A DNA stretch of 64,000 bases, taken from the NCBI GenBank assembly GCA_014905635.1, contig CM026547.1, positions 2,542,001 through 2,606,000 on the forward strand. The letters run 5' to 3'. Made by a program: the position numbers and the translations under genes. This document shows positions 44,201 to 54,992 of the stretch, piece by piece. This DNA is from Scenedesmus sp. PABB004 (taxonomy: Eukaryota). The notes below the pieces were generated by a model. The model ran no database searches, had not been told where the DNA came from, and saw only the letters and a program-made list of their open reading frames with translations. The number at the start of each line of letters is the position of its first letter. Within the stretch, counting starts at the first letter, position 1.

Positions 44201-47200
44201 GCCGCGCGCGGCGGCTGCTGATGGCGCGCTGGGCGGCCACTGACGCGCCCGGCGCTGCCCTGCTCCGCCGCCGCCGCCGCCGCCGCCGCCGTCCGCGCAG
44301 TTCACCGTGCGGCACCTGGCCAACGTCTTCCAGGGGCTGCTGATGTCGTCGCCCGACGTGATCAACACGCCCGCCAAGTGGGGCAAGCTCTGGCTGCACG
44401 AGAGCGAGCGCATCTACGCCGACCGCCTCGTCTCCGCGCAGGCGCGCGCCGCGCGCAGCGCGCCGTCCACCCGCTCGCTGCACGCCTCGCACGCGCCCCC
44501 TGATCATGACTCGCCCCGCGTGCCTCCCGCGCTGCCCCGCGCCGCGCCGCCAGGACCTGGAGTCGTACACCAAGGCCGCCCTGGGCGTGGCCAAGAAGTA
44601 CTTTGACATCCCCGACATCAACGACCACTACCGCAAGAAGGACCCCCGCCCCCTCATCTTCTGCCACTTTGCGCGCGGCCTCGCAGACAAGACCTACGAC
44701 GAGGCGCGCCGCCGCGACGCCGCGCGGCGCGGCGCGGCTGCGTGGCCGGGCGGCGTGCCGGGCAGAGCGCCGCCGCGCGCGCTGCGCTCAGCCCCTGCGC
44801 CCGCCCTCTCTCTCCCCCCCCCCCCCCCCCCGCAGGTGCCTGACTACCAGCACATGGCCCGCGTGCTCACCGAGGCGCTGCTCGAGTACAACGAGACCAA
44901 CGCGGGCATGAGCCTGGTGCTGTTTGAGGACGCGATGAAGCACGTCGCGCGCATCGTGCGCATCTGCACCAGCCCCGGCGGCCACGCCCTGCTCGTCGGC
45001 GTCGGCGGCAGCGGGAAGCAGTCGCTCGCGCGGTGCGTGCGCGGCGCGGCGCGCCGGCGGCGCCGGCTCCGGCTCGGCGCGGCGCCGTAGCTCAGCCCTG
45101 TGCCGCCGGCCGGCTGCGGCACGCCGACGCACGCCCGCCGCCCGCCGCCCTGCGCCGCGCCCGGCCGGTCGCCGCCGCGCGTGCTCCGCGCCGCTCCGCC
45201 CGCAGCCTGGCGGCGTTCATCTGCGGCTACACCACCGTCACGATCGTTATCAGCGGCAACTACAGCCTCGCCAACTTCCGGGAGGACCTGGCGAAGATGT
45301 ACCGCCGCGCGGGGCTCAAGGGCGAGGGCCTGCTCTTCCTGCTCACCGACAGCCAGGTCGTGGACGAGCGCATGCTGGTCTACGTCAACGACCTCCTCGC
45401 GAGCGGGGAGATACCAGACCTCTTTGCCCAGGCGCGCGCGCGGCCTCGGGCGCGCGGCCGAGGGCGCGCGGCCTGGGGCGCGCCGCTCGCGCACCGCCGG
45501 CCCAGCCCGGCCGCCCTGCCACCGCGCCGTCGCCGCGCAGGAGGAGCGCGACGAGATCATCAACGCCATCCGCGGCGAAACCAAGTCGCGGGGCCTCGCC
45601 GACACGCCCGAGAACTGCTGGGCGACCTTCATCGGCAACGTCAAGACCAACCTACACGTCGCGTTCACCGCGAGCCCCGTCGGCGAGGCGTTCCGCGTGC
45701 GCAGCCAGCGCTTCCTGGCCACCATCAGCGCGACCGTGATCGACTGGTTCCAGCCCTGGCCCGAGGCGAGCCTGCTGAGCGTCGCGCGCAAGTTCCTGGA
45801 CGACTGCGAGCTCGACAGCGAGGCGGTGCGCAGCGCGGTGGTGGAGTTCATGCCGTTCAGCTTTGCCGCCGTCAACAAGGTGCGCGCGCGGGCGCGGGCG
45901 CGGGCGCGCTGCGCGGCACGGCGGCGTGGGCGGCAGGCCCCAGGGCGCCCGCGCCGGCCGGCGCGCCCCTCGCCGCCCACACTCCACCGCGGCGCCGCAG
46001 GCGAGCAAGGCGTTCTACGAGGCCGAGCGGCGGCACAACTACACGACGCCCAAGACCTTCCTGGAGCTGATCAAGCTCTACAAGAGCGTGCTGACCGGCA
46101 AGCGCAGGCAGAGCCAGGAGGCCATCGACAGGCGCGCGCACGCGCGCGCGGCTTTGGGAGGGGGGCTGGCGCGCTGGCCTCGCGCACACGCCGCCCGCCG
46201 CCCCCTGCTACCGCCGCTGCGCGCGCGCAGGCTGGAGAACGGGCTGAGCAAGCTGCACAAGACTCAGAGCGAGGTGGACGTGCTGGTGGAGAACGCGCGC
46301 GCGATGGCAATCGAGGTGGAGCACAAGGTCGCCAGCGCCAACGCGTTTGCCGAGCAGGTGCGCATGCGCCCGGGGGGGCTGCGCGCGAGCAGTGGCAGCC
46401 TTGGGCGGCTGCGGCGGCGCCGCGCAGCCCACCGCGCGCTCGCGCGCCCGCACGGGTAGGTCGGCGTTGAGAAGGAGAAGGTGGCGGCCGAGAACGACTC
46501 GGCCAAGGTGGAGGCCGACAAGTGCGCCGTGATCGCCAAGGAGGTGTCCGAGAAGCAGGCGGTCTGCGAGCGCGAGCTGGCGGCGGCGGAGCCGCTCGTC
46601 GCGCAGGCCGAGGCGGCGCTGGACACTCTGAACAAGAAGGACCTGGGCGAGACCAAGTCGCTGAAGAAGCCGCCGCCCGGTGCGCGCGCGGGACGGGGCG
46701 GGCCGGGGCGGGCCGGGCTGGGGCGGCTGCCCGCCCGCCTGCCCAAGGGAGCCTGCGCGCTGCCAGCGCGCTGCGCGGCGCGTCGAAGAAGGAAGGGGCC
46801 CGCGCGCGCGACCGCGCCGCCGCCCGCCCGCCGCGCCGCGCTGCGCACGCGCGTGGCAGGCGTGGACGACATCACCGCGGTCGTCATCATCCTGCTGGAG
46901 GGCAGCCCCAAGGACAAGAGCTGGGCCGCCGCGGCAAAGCTCATGGCCAACGTCGACAAGTTCCTGGACCGCCTGCGCGGCTTCAAGGCGGTCATCGACC
47001 AGGGCCAGGCGCGCAGGGCCAGGGCCTGCAGCCGCAGCGCGGCGCGCGGCGCGGGGCGGCGCTGCGCGGCGCGGTGTGCAGCCCGCGGCGTGCCGCCGAG
47101 AGGGGCCGCGCGCCCCGTGTGCCGCGGCGCGGCGCGTGCAGGTGGCCAAGAAGACGGTGGAGGCGTGCCGCAGCTACCTGGAGCTGCCGCACTTCAACAA

Positions 47201-50200
47201 GGAGGCCATCTACACCAAGTCGCGCGCCGCGGCGGGGCTGTGCGAGTGGGCCGTCAACATCGTCAAGTACTTCGACGTCGTCAGCGAGGTCGAGCCCAAG
47301 CGCCAGGAGCTGGCCGCCGCAAACGCCAAGCTGCAGGAGGCCAACACGACGCTCGCGGCGGTGCAGCAAAAGGTGGCGGAGCTCAACGCCAAGGTCGGCG
47401 AGCTCGAGGCGCAGTTCAACGCCGCGGTGGAGGAGAAGGAGGCGGCGATCAGGGAGAGCGAGCGCTGCCAGCTCAAGCTGCAGCTCGCCAACCGCCTCAT
47501 CAACGCGCTCGCCTCCGAGGGTGCGCGCCGCGCGCGCTGCCGGCCGGGCGGCCGGGGGCGCGCCATGCCCGCCGCGCGCGCCCTGACCCGCCGGCGCGGC
47601 TGCCGCCGCCGCGCACGCACGCGCGCAGGCGAGCGCTGGGCGCGCACGGTGGAGTCGCTGCGCGCGGGGTACGGCGTGCTGACGGGCGACATGCTGCTGG
47701 CGGCGGCGTTTGTGTCGTACGCGGGGCCCTTCACCTCCAAGTTCAGGGCGGGGCTGACCAGGGACTGGATCAAGTTCCTCAGCGACAAGGGCACGCCCAT
47801 GACGCCCGGCATCAAGGGTGCGCGCGCGCGCGTCAGCGGGGGCGCGGCGGCGCCGTGTGCGCGGCCGCGCGGCCGCGCGGCCGCGCCGCCGGCGGCCGCT
47901 GCCGACGCGGCGCGCCCGCCGCCGTCGGCCCCAGACCCGCTGTCGCTGCTGGTGGACGCGGCCACGGTGGCGAGCTGGGTGCGGCAGGGCCTGCCGTCCG
48001 ACCCGACGAGCGTGCAGAACGGCGGCATCCTCACCAACAGCGAGCGCTGGCCGCTGATGATGGACCCGCAGCTCCAGGGCGTGGTCTGGGTCAAGGAGCG
48101 CGAGGCAAACCACAACCTGCAGGCGCGTGTGCTGCGGCTGCCGCGCTGCGCGGCGCGACGGGCCGCCGCGCCCGGCTGCGCCAGGCTGCGCGGCGCCAGC
48201 CTCGGACGCCCGCGCGCGCGCCACGCGCGACGCCACGCCTGACGCCGTGCCGCGCCGCCGCAGGTCATCCGCATGGGCGCGGACAACATGACGTCCGTGA
48301 TGGAGCGCGCGATCGAGACGGGGCACTCGGTGCTGATCGAGAACATGGGCGAGGCGATTGACGCGGTGCTGGGCCCCGTGATCACGCGGTTGACGTTCAA
48401 GAAGGGCCGCAGCCTGTACGTGAAGCTCGGCGACAAGGACGTCGAGTACAGCCCCGCATTCCGCCTCTTCCTGCACACCAAGCTCTCCAACCCGCACTTC
48501 CCGCCAGAGGTGCAGGCGGAGCTGACGCTCATCAACTTCACCGTCACCGAGCAGGTCAGGGGGCCGCCGCAGGGGGCGCTGCGCAGGCCTGGGCCGTGCT
48601 GGCTGCCGCGGCGCTCGGGGGCGGTCGGCGCGGGCGGCTGGCGGCGGCCTGCCCGAGCACGCGCGCCGGCGCCCTGCCTGCCCGCCGCGCGCGCGGCGCA
48701 GGGCCTGGAGGACCAGCTGCTCGCGCTGGTGGTGAACAAGGAGCGCCCCGACCTGGAGGAGACCAAGACGCAGGTGTGGGGCGCTGCAGCGCTCGGGGCG
48801 CCGCGCGCGGCGGCGGGGCGCCCGCGCCCACGCGCGTGCGCGCCCCTCTCTCTTGCCGCAGCTCATCATCACCAACACCGAGTTCACGATCAAGCTCAAG
48901 CAGCTGGAGGACGAGCTGCTCTACAAGCTCTCCACCGCGGAGGGCGACATCACGGGTGCGCCCGCCCCGCCCGCCGCAGCGCCGGCGCGCAGCCCTCGGA
49001 CTAGGGCCGCCCCGGTCGCCGCCGCGCGACGGCCCCGACCCCGCCGCCGCGTCGCCCGCGGCCGCAGAGGACGTCGCGCTGATCGAGAGCCTGGAGGAGA
49101 GCAAGCGCGTGGCCGTGGAGATCGGGGAGAAGGTGGTCGAGGCGCGCGCGACGGAGGGCGCGATCAACACGTCGCGCGACGGCTACCGCCCCGTCGCGGG
49201 GCGCGGCGCGCTGCTCTTCTTCCTGCTCAACAGCCTGCACTCCATCCACGCCTTCTACCAGTTCAGCCTCAACGCCTTTGTCGCCGTGTTCAGCCGCGGC
49301 CTCGACGCCGCGCCGGGCGGGCCGCGGCGGCGCGAGCCCGTCACGCTGCGCGCGCTGCAGAAGCGCCTGAGCGGCAACGCGGCCGACTACGACGAGGTCA
49401 TCAGGAAGGCCAAGCGCGCGAGCTCCAACGCGGGCGGCCGGCGCAGCAAGCGCACGACCGCGCAGTTGGGGCACAGCGCCGCGCACGGTGCGCGCGCGCC
49501 GCGGCCGGGCTGGCGGCACCGCTCCGCGCCCGCTGGTGGTGGTGGGGGGCGCTTCTGACCGAGCGCCACGCGCCCTGGCCGCCCGCCCCCTGCCGCCCGT
49601 CCGCCAGGCGGCCTGGCCAGCAGTAGCATGACGGGCGAGCCGATCGAGGAGGACGAGGAGGAGGGCGGCGAGCTCAGCCCCGAGGCGCTCGCCGCGCGCA
49701 TCGCGGCGCTGCTGGACAGCTGCACCTACACCGTGTACAGCCACACGCGGCGGGGGCTGTTTGACCGCGACAAGCTCATCGTGCTCAGCCTGCTCACCTT
49801 CCAGATCCTGCTGCGCGACGGCCGCGTCGAGCCGGGCGAGTACGAGGCGCTCTGCCGCGGCGCGCGCAGCGTGGCGCCGCCGCCCGTCACCGACGACCTC
49901 AGCCGCTGGATGAGCGAGGCGCAGTGGGCCGCCGTCGACGCGCTGACGACCGTGCCGGGTGCGCGCGCGCGCGCGCGCGCGCGCACGGGGCTTGGCCGCG
50001 CCGCGCCGCCGCCGGGCGGCGCTCGCGCCGGCCCGCCCCGAGCTCACCGTCCCCGCCCCTCCCGCGGCGCGGCGCAGGCTTTGGCAGCCTGGCCAAGGAC
50101 CTGGAGAAGAGCAGCGACGAGTGGTGCACCTGGTGCACGGCCGAGGCGCCCGAGCGCGGCGTCATGCCGGGCGAGTGGGGCCGCATGAGCGAGTTCAAGG

Positions 50201-52345
50201 TGCGCGCCGCGCGCGCACACGCGCCCTGGGGGCAGTGCAGGCGGGCCCGCCCAGCCGGCGGCCGCGCCCGCCCTGACGCCGCGCCCGCGCCCACGCCGCC
50301 CGCGCCCGCGCCCGCGCAGCAACTGCTGCTGCTGCGCGCGCTGCGGCCCGACCGCGTGACCAACGCGCTGCAGCGCTTCTGCGAGGCCGCGATGGGCCCG
50401 CGCTACGTCAACCAGGAGCCCTTTGACCCCGCCACGGTCATCGCCGAGAGCAGCAGGCGCGGCGGCAGGCCACGCTCAGCCGCGCCGGCGCGGGGCCGGC
50501 GGGCCGGGCCGCGCGCAGCGCTCGCGCCGCTCTGCGCCGCGCCACCCATCTCCCCCCATTCACGTGTTCTCTTGCGTCCGTGCCCGCCCTCGCCCCCCTG
50601 CATGCGCGCGCAGCGGCACGCCCATCTTCTTCACCCTGTTCCCCGGCTACTCGCCGTCCAAGGAGCTCGAGGCCTACGCCGGCCGCGCGGGGCACACCGT
50701 GGCGGGCGGCAACCTCACGCTCATCTCCATGGGCCAGGGCCAGGAGGGGCCCGCGGAGGCGGTGCTCGACAGGCGAGCCACGCGGGCGGCGCGCCCGGCG
50801 CAGCGGGGCGGTGCCGGCCGCGCTGCGCCGCCGCCCACGCTGCGCCACGCGCCGCCCTGCCGCCCGCCCGCCCCAGGTACATGCGCGAGGGCGGCTGGGT
50901 GTTCCTGGACAACGTCCACCTCATGCAGGGCTGGATCCCGCGCCTCGAGGGCAAGCTGGAGGCCGCCGCGGAGGCCGCGCACCCCGGCTTCCGCTGCTTC
51001 CTCTCGGCCGAGCCCATCAACGGCGCGCCGCAGGTGCGGCGGCGCGCGCGCCGGCACGCGGCGCAGGCGCCGGCGCCGTGCCAGCCCAGCCGCCGAGCCC
51101 GCGGCGCGCCGCCCGCCCGGCCGCCCCGCCCGCTCCCGCGCGCGCGCGCGGCCGCGCAGGCGGCCATCATCCCCGAGGCCATCCTGCAGACGTGCATCAA
51201 GGTCTCCAACGAGCCGCCGTCCGACATGCGCAGCAACATGCGCCGCGCGCTGGGCGCGTTTGCGCCGGACGCCGAGGAGCGGCTGTCGCGCCCCGGGCAG
51301 CGCGCGGCGTACCGCAGCATCCTGTTTGGCCTGGCCTTCTACCACTCGCTGCTGCTGGGGCGCAAGAAGTTTGGCACCGGCATCGGCGCGGGCGCGGGCA
51401 GCGGGCTGGGCTTCTGCCGCGGCTACTCGTTCAACCTCGGTGACCTCACGACCTGCGGCGACGTGCTGCTCAACTACCTGGAGGCCTACGCGACCGTGCC
51501 CTGGGACGACCTGCGCTACATGTTTGGCGAGGTCTTTTACGGCGGCCACATCACCGACGCGTACGACCGCCGCGCCTGCACGACCTACCTCTCCGTCCTC
51601 ATCACGCCCGCCATCCTGCCGGCCGGCCCGCTCGACGACCCCGCGGCCTGGGGCCCGCCGGCGCTGCATCTCGCGCCCGGCTTCACCGCGCCGCTGCCGC
51701 GCAGCTTCGACGCGCTGCGGGAGCATATCGAGGCCGCGTTGCCGGCGGAGAGCCCGGTCGTGTACGGGATGCACCCCAACGCCGAGCTCAGCCTGCTCAC
51801 CAGCCTCGGCGAGACGCTCTTCCGCACGATCACCACCGTCACCGGCGGCGGCGGCGGTGCGGGGCGCGCGCGCGCGCGCGCAGCGCGGCGCGGCGCGGTG
51901 CGGCGCGGCGCGGCGCGGCGGTGCCGGGGCCCTGCGAGGCCCTGCGGCGCGGGCGCGCCGCGCGCAAGCGACGCCCGCGCCCGTTGCGCCCGCTCACGCG
52001 CCCGTGAGCGCGCCCGCGCGCCTGCAGGCGTCGGCGGCGGCGCGGGCGGCGAGGGCGCCGTGCGCGGGCCGCTGCGCGACTACATGGACCGCCTGCCGCC
52101 GCTGTTTGCGCTGGCGGAGATTGAGTCGCGCGTGCGCGACAAGACGCCGTACGTCATGGTCGCGCTGCAGGAGGCGGGGCGCATGAACGCGCTGCTGGCG
52201 GAGATGGGCCGCAGCATGGAGGAGCTGCAGCTCGGCCTCGACGGCGCGCTCAACATGAGCGACGCGATGGAGGCCCTCGCGCGCGGCATCGCCACAAACA
52301 CGGTGCGCCGCCCGCGCCGCGTGCGGCGGCGGCGGCGGCGGCGGC

Positions 52346-52420
<75 letters not shown>

Positions 52421-53359
52421 TCTGCGTCTTGTGGGGCCGCCGCGCGCGGCCCACGCCCCGCGCTGCGCCGCGGCCGCGCCAGGTGCCGGCGCTGTGGATG
52501 TCGGTCATGTCGACGCGCGTGCAGGAGGTGCTCAGCCTCAGCGCGTGGTTTGCCGACGTGCTGCGCCGCCACGAGCAGCTCGCGTCGTGGACCGCGGGCT
52601 CGCTGACCCCGCCGCACAGCGTGTGGCTGAGCGGGCTGTTCAACCCCAAGGCTTTCCTCACCGCGGTGCGCGCCGCGCGGCTGGGCGCAGGGCGCCGCGC
52701 GCGGGGCTGGGCTGGGCACGCGGCGCGCGGCAGCTCGCCGAGTGCGCGGGCCTGCGGCCTCGCCCCGACCGCCCGCGTCCCTCGCGGCGGCGCGGCGTGC
52801 GCGCAGGTGATGCAGACATACGCGCGGCGCGTGGGCCTGCCGCTGGACGTGATGCGCCTCATGACACAGGTCACGGGCAAGAGCGTGGACCAGGTCACCG
52901 CCCCCGCGCCGACCGGCTGCTACGTGCACGGCCTCGTGATCGAGGGCGCGCGGTGCGCGCGCACGGCGCGGGCGGTGCTGCGCGGCGGGGGGGGGGGGGG
53001 GCTGGCAGCCAGCCTGCCGAGCGCGCGCGCGCGGCGTGTCCTGGCCGCCCGCCGAGCGCCCCGCGCCCGCGGCGCCGCGCGCGCGCGCCCCCCGCAGGTG
53101 GGACAAGGAGGAGGGCGTGCTGCGCGACTCGCTGCCGGGCGAGCTGCACCAGGCGCTGCCGGTGGTGCAGGTGCTGCCGGTCACGGCGGACGACTACAGC
53201 ACGGACGGCTTCTACGAGTGCCCCGTGTACACCAACATGCAGCGCGCCAACGTCTACGCGCCCGCGGTCGGCGCGTTCACGCTGCGCACGGCCGACCCGC
53301 CCCACAAGTGGGTGCTCGCGTCGGTCGCGCTGCTGCTGCAGGACGACCTCGCCGCGTGA
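32257..53359 (+). CDS. ODA11: Axonemal outer-arm dynein alpha heavy chain (ODA11/DHC13 ortholog), about 61 coding exons, reading frame intact
   Basis: N-terminus [28 protein letters not shown], followed by kelch repeats, an IPT/TIG-like ([13 protein letters not shown]) and a filamin-like domain; this architecture is specific to the alpha chain. Motor: [50 protein letters not shown], stalk/MTBD, AAA5 [12 protein letters not shown]6 SMGQGQ and C-terminal [19 protein letters not shown] traced all 60 junctions in frame. Confidence 0.97.
52323..52420 (+). repeat. Intronic (GGC)n microsatellite, about 32 units with one interruption
   Basis: Read directly in dynein intron 52303-52482. A shorter (GGC)n run lies at about 29190-29228 in a kinesin intron. 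Confidence 0.95.
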
Positions 53360-53457
53360 CCCGGCGGCCGGCGGCCGGCGGCCGGCGCGCGGCGGCGGGG
53401 GTAACGAGGGCTTACCAGTGCGGCGCCCAGGCAAGCGTGTGCGCGTCTGCGCAGCGC

Positions 53458-54665
53458 TCAGCGGCGCAGGTCCTTCCACATGATGCGGTGCCCCGGGTCG
53501 ATGCCCTCAAAGTCCTCAAACCCGTTGCGCTCGGGGCAGCTCGGGTGCTGCTTGTAGCCGAGCCGCCCGTAGAACGCGTGCGCGCCGCCGTTGCTGCGCT
53601 GCACCGTGAGCAGCACCGCATGCAGCTTGAACTTGAGCGCCTGCGCCGGGGCGCGGCGTGGCGGGCCGCGCGGCGCTGAGCGGCGGCACACGCGCGCGCG
53701 CAGCGCGCGCGGCCGCCGCTGGCTCCCGCGCGGCCGCTGGCCCCCGCGCGGCCGCTGGCCCCCGCGCCGCCGCACCACGAGCTCCAGCAGCTGCATGAGG
53801 CGGCGGCCGACGCCCTTGCGGCGCGCGGGCGGCGCGGCCTGGAGCTCGTAGCAGTAGAGCACGGGGCTGTACCGCGGCAGCGCGGCCGCGGCCAGCTCCT
53901 CCGCCTCCAGCAGGTTCTCCTCAACCTCAAACCTGCGCCGCCGCGGCGGCGGCGCCAGCGGCCAGCGCGTGACGGCCGGCGCGTGGTCGCCCCGCGCGCG
54001 ACGGCGCCGTGCCGCGCTGCGGCTGGCGGGCGCCCGGCCCCGCGGGCGCGCCTGAAGTGCGTGAAGGCCAGCAGCTCGCCCTGCTCGTCGGTCATTAGGA
54101 AGTAGCGCGCGTCGTCCTGCGCCGGCGCAGCGCGCGGCGCGGCGTGCGCGGGGTGGTGCGCCCGTGCCGCCGCCTGCCGCCGGCGGCGGTCGGCCGTTGC
54201 CCGGTGCACGCGCCGCGCGGCGTGGCGGCGCGGCGCACGTGGAAGAGCTCGCGGCGCTTGGCGCGCGGCTGCCACTTCTGGGCGTCCGCCTCGTACACGG
54301 CCGCCATGTTGGCCTCGAACAGCGCCCACACGCCGTCGCGCTCGGCGGGCGTCAGCTGCTCCGCGTGCTTGAACGCGATGCGCGCGGCGAGGCCGTCCTT
54401 GGCGTACGCCGCAAACGGCGCCGGGAACAGGCCCAGCAGGTCGCCCTCCGCGGCGGCGGGGCGCAGCAGCTGCTGCACGCTCTGCAGGAGCTCCGTGTCG
54501 GCGCCGCGCTGCGGGCGGGCGCGCGCCGGCAGCGGCGGTCGGCGTCGGGCTGCGTGGGACAGCCGGCCGCGCCGGCTCCGCGGGCGGCGCCCCACGCACC
54601 TGGCCCTTGGCCTTGGCGCTCGCCATCTGGTCCGGCCGGCGCGCCACGACGTCGGGCGCAGGCAT
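53458..54665 (-). CDS. NAA40: N-alpha-acetyltransferase 40 (NatD)-like GNAT; 5 exons
   Basis: LFEANMAAVYE..W..KRRELFHDDARYFL, AFTHFRF, VLYCYELQ..RRKGVGRRLMQLLEL and LTVQRSNGGAHAFY. GC donor at 54051. Confidence 0.85.
53715..53767 (+). repeat. Intronic 18-bp tandem repeat x3 (ccgctggc(t/c)cccgcgcgg)
   Basis: Read directly in the last NAA40 intron. Confidence 0.8.
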
Positions 54666-54992
54666 GGGCGCGGCGGCGGCGAGCGCGGCGCGGGCCGGCA
54701 GCTTTTTGAACTGTTTTGACGCGGGAGCTCCCGTCGCGGCAGCCTCGAGCGCTGATCGGCGGGAGGGAGGGCTCTGGCGGGCGGCGAGGGCGCGGTGGAG
54801 CCGGTGCGCGGCGGCGGGTGGGCTGCGCCGCATTTGACGACGCGCCGAGCCCTGCGGCGCCGCGTGGTTGCGTGCGCACTGCGAGAGCCGTCGCGCGGGG
54901 TGGAGTGCTCCTCCCGGCCACGCGTGCGCACACGCACAGCACCGCAGCCCGCCCCGCGCGGCCGCGCCGCTGTCGCCAGCTCCGCGGGCGCC

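Noticed and set aside
32260..53097. A young introner family explaining the many introns
   Set aside because: I could not see shared internal sequence between introns beyond low-complexity GC and the splice consensus. An all-vs-all alignment is needed; the idea is kept only as a hypothesis in the findings.
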